This document shows positions 36,746 through 45,542 of a DNA stretch of 63,504 bases, piece after piece; within the stretch, counting starts at the first letter, position 1; every line of letters begins with the position of its first letter. This stretch comes from an uncultured Verrucomicrobiota bacterium. GTDB lineage: Bacteria; Verrucomicrobiota; Verrucomicrobiia; Limisphaerales; UBA9464. A program made the translations under genes and the position numbers. The stretch covers positions 1 through 63,504 of the forward strand of contig CAIRNV010000002.1 in assembly GCA_903880005.1 (NCBI GenBank), read 5' to 3'. Under the pieces are notes generated by a model. It was not told the origin of the DNA and did no database searches. It saw nothing but the letters and a program-made list of their open reading frames with translations.

Positions 36746-39453
36746 TCCACAAACACAAACGCGTTGCTGTTCGCCAAGACCCGGCACGCGCTCTCCAGGC
36801 CGTGCCGCCTCGCGTGCGCCACCAACGTCGTCCGCTCGCCCGCGTCGGGCTTGCGTCCCCACAAAAGCAGGCAGGCACGTTCCAACGCCGCATCCACGTC
36901 GGGATCCTCGCGTTCCAACCGGCGCGCCATCCACCCGCATTGCCGCGCCACGAAGGCGTTGTTCCACAGCGCCAACGCCTGCTGCACCGTGACGGTGTTG
37001 TCCCGGGCCCCCACCATCTGGTCCCCCGCCGGGCAATCCAACGCCTCGAAGAACGGATCCGGCAAGGTGCGGAACAGGAAGCGATACACGCTCCGACGCG
37101 CCCCGGCCGCCGAGTCCACGTCGAAGACCGCGTAGTCCACGCGCGGCGTGACGTGGATGCCGGGTTTCATGTCGAACTGCATGTCGCCCGGCCCGCCCAT
37201 CCGGAGGTCGATGCGGCCGGAGGCCTGAAGCAACGCGTCGCGCACGCACTCGGCGTCCAACCGCCGCCGCGCCATCCGCGAACACAACGCGTTGTCGGGG
37301 TCGGCGGCCACCGCCTCGGGCGTCGCACGGGACGACCTCCGATACGCCGCGCTCGTCACGAGGAGGCGGTGCAGGGCCTTCATCGACCCCCGGGCGTCGT
37401 CGCGAAACCACCGCGCCAGCCAATCGAGCAGCTCCGGATGCGTCGGCGTCGCGCCCATGCGCCCGAAGTCGTTTGGCGTCGCGACCAGTCCCCGTCCGAA
37501 GTGATGGTGCCAGGCCCGGTTGACCGCCGACCTCCACACAAGGCCGTTGTCCCGGGACGTCAGCCACGCCGCCAACGCCGCCCGGCGCGCGCCTTCCGGC
37601 GATCCTTCTGGAACGTCGAACCGCGACCCCATCCCCGCCACGCACGCCAAGGCCCCGGGCCGGGCCAGCTCCCCGGGCTTCCCGATGTCCCCGCGGCGCA
37701 GGACCCGCACCTCGCGCGGCCCCGGCGGCGGCCTCAGCCCGGCGTCCGGCTCGAAGACGTCCGCGATGGCATACACGCGCAAGGGCCGGGGCAACGACGC
37801 CAGCTCCCGGTTGAGCCGCTCCCCCAACACCCATGCCGCCAACTCCATGCGTTGCGCCTCCGTTCGCTCGGCTGGCGGCCGCGCGATCACCCCGGCAATG
37901 CGCGGAGGCAACGCCGTCGGCGGCCGGCTCACCCCCGTCCATTGCATCCGGAACCGCCCCAGCGTGTGGGATCCGCCATGTCGCTGCGCCAACCGCACCA
38001 CCAAGCGCTCCCCGTCGCCCACGGTCAGCGGCTCCGCCAACTCAAACACCGCAGCGTGCGCCTCGCCCTCGCGCGGGTGGATCCCCCACGCCGTCTTCTC
38101 GTCCCCGTCCCATGCGGCCCCCACGCGCCAACCCTCCTGCTCGTGGCTCGCCGTCGCCCGCCCCAGCCGCCCCACGAACAACCGCTTGCCCGCCGCGTCG
38201 AGCACCTCCGCCGCCATCTCGCTCAAGTGAAGGTTCCCGTTCACCGCCCGGCCCGGGCCATTCTTGGGAAGGCTCGGGTCGGGCAAGACCTCCAGCCGCA
38301 ACGCCGTCACCCGCGAACCTGCCCCGCGCCACTCCAGGATGGTGTCGTCGCGCTCCGGGTTCTCTCCCGAGGCGAGCAGGCTCCCGTCGGGCAACCGCTT
38401 CCAGACCACTCCCTTCCCGGCCGACACGCGGTCCCATTCGGCGGTCCTCCAGGACGACTCCAACGCGTGCCGATCACCCTCCCATGCCGCCACCTCCGCC
38501 GCCGCGTCGGCCCCCAGCAAGCGAGCGGCGTCCTTCCGGGCCACCCGTTCAAGGTCCAGGCGGAGATCGCGCCGTCGCTGGTTCAATCCCGGCTCCAGGT
38601 GGTACTCCCGGTGCGCCCGTTCCACCCCGGCGAACACGGCCTGCAACGCGTAGTAATCGGATTGCGGGACCGGGTCGAACTTGTGGTCATGGCATCGCGC
38701 GCACTGGACCGTGGTGCTCGCGAACACGCCCATCACCGTCGAGAGCATGTCGTCGCGATCCACGTAGCGGCCCACCTGGCGGTCGGTCGTGTCCTCGCGG
38801 ATGTCCCGCAGTGAACTCTCGTCCCACGGCCCGCCCGCCACGAATCCCAGCGCCGCCGTGGCCTCCGGCCGCTCCGGGAACAGCACGTCCCCCGCCACCT
38901 GCTCCTGGACGAACCGCGCGTAGGGAACGTCCCCGTTGAATGCCTGCACCAAGTAGTCGCGGTACGGCCACGCATGGGTCCGCACCCGGTCCTGGTCGTG
39001 CCCGTGGGTCTCCGCGAAATGCGCCGCATCCATCCAATGCCGGGCCCATCGCTCGCCATGGCGCGGCGACGCAAGAAGTCGATCCACCACTCGTTCATGG
39101 GCCCCGGGCCCCAAGTCCAAGTCGAAGGCCGCCATCTCCTCCGGCGTCGGGGCCAGGCCCGTCAGGTCGAACGTCACCCGGCGGAGCCACTCCATGCGGG
39201 GGGCCTCCGGCGCCGGCGTCACTCCCGCCGCGCGCAACCGCCCGTCGATAAAGGCATCCACGGGATGGCCCGCGCCCGCCGTCGCCGGCGGACGCATCGT
39301 CTCCAGTGGCCGATAGGCCCAGTGGACGTCGTCCCCCTTCAGCATCCAACCCAGGGCACCCATCGCCACCCACGCGAGCACCGGCGCGCACAAGGCGGCC
39401 ATGCACCGCCGCAACGGCGCGGCGTCTCGGACGTCGTGGCCACTCGTTTCCAT
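36742..39453 (-). CDS. PSCyt2/PSD1 (DUF1549/DUF1553) family protein
   Basis: Contains WAYRPL..HPVDAFI..RRVTFDLTGLAPTPEE..HGERWARHWMDAAHFAETHG..QCARCHDHKFDPVPQSDYYALQAVF.. and a C-terminal DUF1553-like region. It is coupled to the DUF1501 gene. Confidence 0.9.
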   Translation of the reverse strand: METSGHDVRDAAPLRRCMAALCAPVLAWVAMGALGWMLKGDDVHWAYRPLETMRPPATAGAGHPVDAFIDGRLRAAGVTPAPEAPRMEWLRRVTFDLTGLAPTPEEMAAFDLDLGPGAHERVVDRLLASPRHGERWARHWMDAAHFAETHGHDQDRVRTHAWPYRDYLVQAFNGDVPYARFVQEQVAGDVLFPERPEATAALGFVAGGPWDESSLRDIREDTTDRQVGRYVDRDDMLSTVMGVFASTTVQCARCHDHKFDPVPQSDYYALQAVFAGVERAHREYHLEPGLNQRRRDLRLDLERVARKDAARLLGADAAAEVAAWEGDRHALESSWRTAEWDRVSAGKGVVWKRLPDGSLLASGENPERDDTILEWRGAGSRVTALRLEVLPDPSLPKNGPGRAVNGNLHLSEMAAEVLDAAGKRLFVGRLGRATASHEQEGWRVGAAWDGDEKTAWGIHPREGEAHAAVFELAEPLTVGDGERLVVRLAQRHGGSHTLGRFRMQWTGVSRPPTALPPRIAGVIARPPAERTEAQRMELAAWVLGERLNRELASLPRPLRVYAIADVFEPDAGLRPPPGPREVRVLRRGDIGKPGELARPGALACVAGMGSRFDVPEGSPEGARRAALAAWLTSRDNGLVWRSAVNRAWHHHFGRGLVATPNDFGRMGATPTHPELLDWLARWFRDDARGSMKALHRLLVTSAAYRRSSRATPEAVAADPDNALCSRMARRRLDAECVRDALLQASGRIDLRMGGPGDMQFDMKPGIHVTPRVDYAVFDVDSAAGARRSVYRFLFRTLPDPFFEALDCPAGDQMVGARDNTVTVQQALALWNNAFVARQCGWMARRLEREDPDVDAALERACLLLWGRKPDAGERTTLVAHARRHGLESACRVLANSNAFVFVE

Positions 39454-39520
39454 CGGGATTCACGGTCGGCGTACCACACCCACAAGCCCTTGGAAAGCAT
39501 CCAGCCGCGGCACGTCGGAT

Positions 39521-39922
39521 TTACAGGCTGGCCAAGGGAGCGTCGTCCGGACGACCCACGAGGTGGAGGAGGTTGCCCTCCAAGTCCCCGAAGAACAGCA
39601 CGTGGCCGCCGCCCCCGGCGGGCTTCACCGGCTCCGCAAAGCAAACGCCCCGGGCTTCAAGCTGCCGACGCGCCTCCTCGATGTCCTCCACGCGCAAGGC
39701 CAGGTGGCGGTAGCCCGCGTTGCCGTTGTTGCCCGCACCCGGGGTCGGGGCCGTCGCCCGGTAAATCTCCAGCACGCAACCCCCGGGCAACCGGACGAAT
39801 ACAGCCGGCGGGTTCTTGCCGTTGCTCCAGCATTCCTCCGCGCCCAACACGCGGACGTACCAGTCCGCCAACGCCCTCGGGTCCTGCGCCGCCAAACCCA
39901 CGTGCTCGACTCGCATGTTCAT
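39521..39922 (-). CDS. VOC (glyoxalase/bleomycin-resistance/dioxygenase) family protein
   Basis: MNMRVEHVGLAAQDP..YRHLALRVEDIEEA..GGHVLFFGDLEGNLLHL. The track ORF is trimmed because its upstream portion overlaps the 3' end of the next gene. Confidence 0.85.
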   Translation of the reverse strand: MNMRVEHVGLAAQDPRALADWYVRVLGAEECWSNGKNPPAVFVRLPGGCVLEIYRATAPTPGAGNNGNAGYRHLALRVEDIEEARRQLEARGVCFAEPVKPAGGGGHVLFFGDLEGNLLHLVGRPDDAPLASL

Positions 39923-39981
39923 CCCCCTAGCCAACCCCCACCGCGCACCCCACTTCAACCCCTCGTTCGCCGCCCACCCAG

Positions 39982-42900
39982 TCACTTCAACGACGCGAGG
40001 AACTCGATGACGTCCCGCAACTCCGCGTCGCTCAGCAGGTCGCCCAGACCCTCCGGCATCGCGGACAACCCGCCCTCCGCAGGCCGATACCCCTCCGCAT
40101 ACGCCGCGTTGGGGTGCAGGATCGATTGCAGCAGGTAGGCGCGGTCGCGTTGCCTGCCGATGCCATCCAGCGCCGGCCCCACGATCCCGCCGTCGCCGCC
40201 GACCTTGTGACACCGAAGGCATTGGACCTGGGGATGGTTCTTGAAGATCGCCCCGCCCCGGCCGGCGTCGCCACCGTGGAGCACCAGCCGTTCCCTGGCC
40301 TTCGCGCCCGGAACCGAGGCGAGCCAACGACCCAGTTGCCGTTCGATTTCAGGGTGGGCTTCCCGGCGAACCCGCGCGGCCAGCAACACGTCCAACGACA
40401 GCTCCGGAGGCACGTCGCCCGATCCCAGTTGGACGACCCACGGCAGCAGCAACGCGTCGGCCTCCGGGCTTCCCAGCCGCGCCAACGCCCCCACCGCCGC
40501 CTGGCGCACCGCCACGGGGTTGGTCGGGGCCAGCAACCGGGGCAGCAAGGGCAACGCATCGCCCGGCTCCAGCATGCCGAGATGCGGCAACGCGGCCGCG
40601 CGCAGCAAACCATCGCCGCCCGACAGCGCCTGCCGAATCGCCGCAGGAGCCTGCACCGCGCGCAGGCCCGCCAGGAACCCCACGATCGCCGCGCGCACCT
40701 CCCGCGTCGCGTTCGTGGACTCGTAATGCTCCATCAAGGGCTGCGCCGCCTCCTTCGTCCGAAGCCCCGCCGCCGCATCCACCAACGCCAGTTGCACCGC
40801 CACCGGCGCCGCACCCCCGGGCACCACAACCCCGCGCTCGTCCGGCGTCATCGGGTTCAGGATCTCATCCGCCACCTTCAGGAAGGCCCGCCGCGCCGAC
40901 TCCGCCCCTCGCCTCGCCCCCATCGCGTCCGCGTGGGCCGCCGATCGTCCCAGGTCCTCCGGCAGGTCTGTCTTGGAAAGCGACTCGCCTCGGCCCGACG
41001 AGAACGCAGGCCGCCAAAGGCCATTCACGCGATCCAACACCGGCGGGCGCGGCCAGTCGCCCAAGGCACGCAACGCCATGGCACGGGACGCCGGCGGCGG
41101 GTCCCGGCGCTTCGCAAACGCCGCCAACATCTGGGCATGCAACGATGTCCCGAGGCGAGCCGCCGCATCGATCACCCGCCCATGCAACGAAGGGTCCAAG
41201 TCCACCCTCGTGAGAAGCATCGCCAACGCCGGATACCCCGGCACCACCGGCACGTCGTGGATGGCACGGCTCGCCTCCACCGCGACGCGCGTGTCCGCGT
41301 CCGAGATCAAGTTGGTCAGCCACGGATGACGAAGACCCCGCAACGTCCACGTCGCCGCCAACCGCACCGCCGGGCTCGGGTGCCGCGCACGCGCCATCAG
41401 TTCCGGGCTCGGGCCCGCCACAGCCGACGAGCCAGCCTGCGCCCGCACGTCGGAAGACCGCGCCTGCTCAAACCGGGTCCAATGCCGCACCACCGCATGC
41501 AGCAGGTACGGGTCGTTGGAGGAGGCGGCCAGCGCAGTGGTGGACTCCAGGCCATGGCGCAGCGGGGAACCCACGTTGACCAGCCGGGACGCGTCCCGCG
41601 TCGGCGCACGGTCGGACAGAAGGTGGACGGCTCGTTGGGCCGACGCCGGGTTGCTCGCCAACGTCGCCCCTTGCAACGACCCCAGCGCCATCGCCGCCTT
41701 CGCTTGCACCCTCGGGCTGCCGTGGATCACCAGCCACGCCAACAGGCCGTCCGCATGAACCCAGCCCACCTCGCCCGCAAGCTCCGCCGCAGCGCCTTGA
41801 ACCACCGGATCCGGATCGAGCAACAACGGCAGGATGTCGTCGCACGGCTCCGCCCGCACGGCCGCGTCCACCTCCCGTCGCAGCACCTGGCCCAAGCCCC
41901 ACAGCGCATGCCTTCGGGCCAGGGAGGAACCCGGCTCCCGCGCGACGCCGCACAAGGGCCGGACCGATTCCCTGCCCCGTCGCGCCAGCTCGAACTGGGC
42001 CTCCATCCGCACCCGGCGGTCCGGGTGGCCCAACAGCCCCGTCAATTCCTTCGGCAACCGTCCCGCCATGCCCTCCGCAAGCAACCTGCGGACCTCCGCG
42101 ACCAGGGCCAGGTCCGACGTCGCCCCCGGGGCGGAGGGCGTGATGCGGTAGATCCGCCCCTTGAGCGGCTGCCCCCAACCCGCCACCCAGTCGAGCACGT
42201 ACACCGCGCCGTCCGGACCAAAGTCCACGTCCGTCGGCCAGCAACCCCACAGGAACTTCTCGCGCCGCCCGACCTCGAAGGAGGCCCCACGGGGACGTAC
42301 GTCGAAGGACCAAACGCCGCCCGGGAAGTCGCAATGCAGGAACTTCCCCCGCCATGCCTCGCCAAGGCCCGTTCCGGGATAGAAGGCCAGGCCGCTCGGG
42401 CCTTGGGACACCGTGCCAGCCAATGGCAGGATGTTGTCCTTCCCGCCCTTCCACAGCTCCTCCTGGACCCACGGCCCGAAGCCCTCCTGGTGCTGGTAGC
42501 TGCACCGCCACCCATGGTCGCCGTCCCGCACCAGGTGCAGCACGCGGCAGGGGTCCGCCCCCGCCGTGTCGTTGTCCACCGTCCAAAGCTCCCCCTCGTC
42601 ATCGAAGGCCAGCTCCTGCGGGTTGCGCAGGCCCACGCAGAACACTTCAAGGCCGGACCCCTCCAGCTCGCACCGCAGCACCGCGCCCATGTCCGGCAGG
42701 TCCAGGACGCCCGCCTTGCCCCGGGCCACGTGCAGGCCCCGGTCACCCATGCTCACGTACAGCCGCCCATCGGGCCCCAGCGCCAACCCATGAAGGTCAT
42801 GGCCGCTCACCCCCACGTGGACGCCAAAGCCCGTCGCCAAGGCCTCCCTTGCAACACGGCCGTCCGCGCCCGGCGTCAGCTTCCAAAGGTTCGGGATGTT

Positions 42901-43404
42901 GGCGAAGTAGATCGCGTCGCGCGTCGCCAACACCCCAGCCGCCGTGCCGTCCCCCGCCGTGTTGAAGCCGTCCGCCACCACCTCCGCGCGATCCGCGCGG
43001 CCATCCCCGTCCCGATCCTCGATCCGCCGCACCAACTCCGAGTCCCGCGTCAGCCACTCCGGGTCCACCGCCGCAAACTCCGACTCCAGGTGTCGCACGC
43101 GGTCCTCCACCGTGCGAAAGGCGAGGTCCCGGAGAAGCCAGTTCGTCTTCTGGGTGACGTCAAAGATCGAACGTGCCCAGCGATGCGACTCGGCCACGTG
43201 AACGCGCCCGACATGGTCGATGTGAAACGCCACGCCGTTCGAGAGCTGGGGCTCGGCCGCCCACACGGACAGCCTCAACCCGGGGGCCAAGGACAAGCGC
43301 GCCGCCTGCTCGCCCGCCGCCGCGAACGTCCCGGTCGCATGCTGCGACCGCACCGCCACAGCCCATGCCAAGACCAGCCACCAGCCACGCCAACGCGAAC
43401 GCAT
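39982..43404 (-). CDS. PVC-type heme-binding CxxCH protein (beta-propeller dehydrogenase domain + HEAT repeats + cytochrome c)
   Basis: Signal peptide: MRSRWRGWWLVLAWAVAV. Contains EDRDGDGRADR..GPDGRLY.., a long HEAT-like helical middle, and C-terminal QCLRCHKVGGDGGIVGPALDGIG with a distal Met (LSAMP). Confidence 0.85.
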   Translation of the reverse strand: MRSRWRGWWLVLAWAVAVRSQHATGTFAAAGEQAARLSLAPGLRLSVWAAEPQLSNGVAFHIDHVGRVHVAESHRWARSIFDVTQKTNWLLRDLAFRTVEDRVRHLESEFAAVDPEWLTRDSELVRRIEDRDGDGRADRAEVVADGFNTAGDGTAAGVLATRDAIYFANIPNLWKLTPGADGRVAREALATGFGVHVGVSGHDLHGLALGPDGRLYVSMGDRGLHVARGKAGVLDLPDMGAVLRCELEGSGLEVFCVGLRNPQELAFDDEGELWTVDNDTAGADPCRVLHLVRDGDHGWRCSYQHQEGFGPWVQEELWKGGKDNILPLAGTVSQGPSGLAFYPGTGLGEAWRGKFLHCDFPGGVWSFDVRPRGASFEVGRREKFLWGCWPTDVDFGPDGAVYVLDWVAGWGQPLKGRIYRITPSAPGATSDLALVAEVRRLLAEGMAGRLPKELTGLLGHPDRRVRMEAQFELARRGRESVRPLCGVAREPGSSLARRHALWGLGQVLRREVDAAVRAEPCDDILPLLLDPDPVVQGAAAELAGEVGWVHADGLLAWLVIHGSPRVQAKAAMALGSLQGATLASNPASAQRAVHLLSDRAPTRDASRLVNVGSPLRHGLESTTALAASSNDPYLLHAVVRHWTRFEQARSSDVRAQAGSSAVAGPSPELMARARHPSPAVRLAATWTLRGLRHPWLTNLISDADTRVAVEASRAIHDVPVVPGYPALAMLLTRVDLDPSLHGRVIDAAARLGTSLHAQMLAAFAKRRDPPPASRAMALRALGDWPRPPVLDRVNGLWRPAFSSGRGESLSKTDLPEDLGRSAAHADAMGARRGAESARRAFLKVADEILNPMTPDERGVVVPGGAAPVAVQLALVDAAAGLRTKEAAQPLMEHYESTNATREVRAAIVGFLAGLRAVQAPAAIRQALSGGDGLLRAAALPHLGMLEPGDALPLLPRLLAPTNPVAVRQAAVGALARLGSPEADALLLPWVVQLGSGDVPPELSLDVLLAARVRREAHPEIERQLGRWLASVPGAKARERLVLHGGDAGRGGAIFKNHPQVQCLRCHKVGGDGGIVGPALDGIGRQRDRAYLLQSILHPNAAYAEGYRPAEGGLSAMPEGLGDLLSDAELRDVIEFLASLK

Positions 43405-43458
43405 GGCGTCAGCAAACCCGAATCGCGCCGATTCGGGGAGGGCGAAAACGACCCGGGC

Positions 43459-44730
43459 TCACGCCGTCGCCGCGCCCACCTTGCCCAACCGCCGCGCCTC
43501 ACGCCCATACACCCACTCGAACAGCGGCGTTGCCATGAGCGTCGTGGCGATCGCCATCACGACCATGATCGAGAACAACTGCGGGGTGATGAGCCGTCGC
43601 TCCAGCCCTATGTTCAGGATGATCAACTCCATCAGCCCGCGTGCGTTCATCAACGTTCCCACGGCCAACGCCGTGGGGTTGTCCTCGCCTTGCAGCCGCG
43701 CCGCGCCCCAGCACGCGAGGAACTTCCCGGCGCACGCCGCCACCAAGGCCACCCCCGCCACCACCCAAAGCTCCGGCGTCGTCACGAGGTCCAGGCGCGT
43801 GTTCAACCCGGAATAAACGAAGAACGTGGGCAACAGGAAGACCACGACGAACGGCTCCACGTGCCGCGTCAGGGCCGCCGCGAAGGCTCCCCTCGGCATC
43901 GCGCACCCAAGGATGAACGCACCGAACACCGCGTAGATGCCCATCGCGTCCGTGAACCACGACCCCAGCATCACCAGCCCCATGACCGTCGCCAACACCG
44001 GCTGCGACAACGTGCCATCCGCGCGCGTCATCGTCCCAAGGCGCGACAGCAAGGACCGTCCCAGCGTGAGGACCAAGGCGGCGTAGGCCACCCCGCCACC
44101 GATCGCCCTCGCGGCGATGCCCCAGTCGCCTTGGAAGCTGCCCAGGACCACCGCGAGCAGGCACCACGCAGCCGCGTCATCCAACGCCCCGGCTGCCAAG
44201 GCCAGCGTCCCCAGCGACGTCCCCGCCAACCCCCGCTCCACGATGATGCGCGCCAGCATCGGGAACGCCGTGATGCACATCGACGCACCCAGGAACAGCA
44301 CCGCCTCCCACGTCCTCACGCCCTCGGTGAAGAACAACCCGTTGCGCCCCGCCATCCACGCGCCTAGCAACCCGCCCAGCAGAAACGGAGCCGCCATCCC
44401 CGCCATCGACACGCTCGCCGCCGCCCGCGCCCGGCCCCGGAACAGGTCCGACCGAAACTCCACCCCCACCAGGAACATGTACAACGCCAGCCCCACCTGG
44501 CTCACGGACAGGAAGATCGCCTTCGACGCCGACGGGAAAACCCATTGCTGCAAGGGACGCGTCCACTCGAAGTGCCCCAGCAGCGAGGGCCCCAGCACCA
44601 CCCCGGTGATCATCTCACCCACCACCTGCGGCTGGCCCACCCGCTTCGCGAGCCAACCCACCAGCCGACACGCACCCAGCACCACGGCCAGTTGCAGGAA
44701 GAAGCGAATGGAGAGCTCGAAGGGAGTCAT
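43459..44730 (-). CDS. cation:proton antiporter (CPA2/Kef-type)
   Basis: About 12 hydrophobic segments. N-terminal pattern: FFLQLAVVLGACRLVGWLAKRVGQPQVVGEMITGVVLGPS. Confidence 0.9.
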   Translation of the reverse strand: MTPFELSIRFFLQLAVVLGACRLVGWLAKRVGQPQVVGEMITGVVLGPSLLGHFEWTRPLQQWVFPSASKAIFLSVSQVGLALYMFLVGVEFRSDLFRGRARAAASVSMAGMAAPFLLGGLLGAWMAGRNGLFFTEGVRTWEAVLFLGASMCITAFPMLARIIVERGLAGTSLGTLALAAGALDDAAAWCLLAVVLGSFQGDWGIAARAIGGGVAYAALVLTLGRSLLSRLGTMTRADGTLSQPVLATVMGLVMLGSWFTDAMGIYAVFGAFILGCAMPRGAFAAALTRHVEPFVVVFLLPTFFVYSGLNTRLDLVTTPELWVVAGVALVAACAGKFLACWGAARLQGEDNPTALAVGTLMNARGLMELIILNIGLERRLITPQLFSIMVVMAIATTLMATPLFEWVYGREARRLGKVGAATA

Positions 44731-44796
44731 GAACGGCGCGACGCTGGGCCCGCTCCTCGATTCGTCAACACAGCTTTGCCCTCCGCCTGGCCCCGA

Positions 44797-45411
44797 TCAC
44801 ATCTCCACGTCCTCCGGCCGCACCTCCAGGCACTCGTCCTGGTCCTCCCACAGGATGGCCGGCACCGTCTCCAGCAGGGAGGGCACGATGCCCTCGGCGA
44901 GCTCCACCAACAGCTCCTCCGCCCGCTGCGCCGCGTCCTCCAGCTTCCGCTCATAGCCCGGCTGCCGCGTCCGCTTCTCGTCCCAATGCGCCACCTCGTG
45001 GACCGGCGCGTACTTCCTCGACCACAGCGTCAATGCCGCCTTCACCGACTCTGGCAATTGCGCCACCGGCACCGCCGTCTCGTTGCAATGGATGCAACAA
45101 AGGCCGTGCTCCCCAACATCGCGGGTCATGTACGGCAGCAACGGGGCCCCGCAGCACTCGGCCAGCGGGTAGCCCATCGGCGCGTTCACCAACCGCTGCT
45201 GCCACAGAGAACGCTCATGCGCCACCTGCGCCGCCAGCCGCAACGACGCCACCAGCGGATGGGACATCCGCCACGCCTTGCCATGCAACTGCCCCAGCGT
45301 CTGCGAACACCACCGCGCCAGCGTGATGTCGTCAAAGGCCCGGAACGCCTGGCCGTACTCGCGCCAGATGCGGTCGGCCGGGGTCTCGGAATGCTCGTGA
45401 GTCTCCGCCAT
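44797..45411 (-). CDS. hypothetical Cys-rich protein
   Basis: 204-aa ORF with a good codon-3 GC pattern. It contains ECCGAPLLP..GLCCIHCNE (a possible Zn-binding cluster) and an acidic C-terminus. I recognise no family. Confidence 0.55.
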   Translation of the reverse strand: MAETHEHSETPADRIWREYGQAFRAFDDITLARWCSQTLGQLHGKAWRMSHPLVASLRLAAQVAHERSLWQQRLVNAPMGYPLAECCGAPLLPYMTRDVGEHGLCCIHCNETAVPVAQLPESVKAALTLWSRKYAPVHEVAHWDEKRTRQPGYERKLEDAAQRAEELLVELAEGIVPSLLETVPAILWEDQDECLEVRPEDVEM

Positions 45412-45542
45412 GCCCCGACCCTAGCCACGCTCCCGCTCCCCGGCCCAGCCCGGAGATTCAAGCCGCAAGCGCCCGTGGGCTCAGCCGGGAGGGAAGGGAT
45501 TGCGAAGCAGATCCAGCAAGCACGACCGACCCCTTTGCATCG

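Noticed and set aside
35279-38814. Plus-strand ORFs 35279..37135 (618 aa) and 36535..38814 (759 aa)
   Set aside because: They are antisense shadows of the DUF1501 and DUF1549/1553 genes, with His/Arg/Pro-rich composition.
40114-44367. 1417-aa plus-strand ORF
   Set aside because: It is an Arg/Pro/His-rich shadow ORF, antisense to the PVC heme protein (39982-43404) and the CPA2 antiporter (43459-44730), both of which have convincing motifs.
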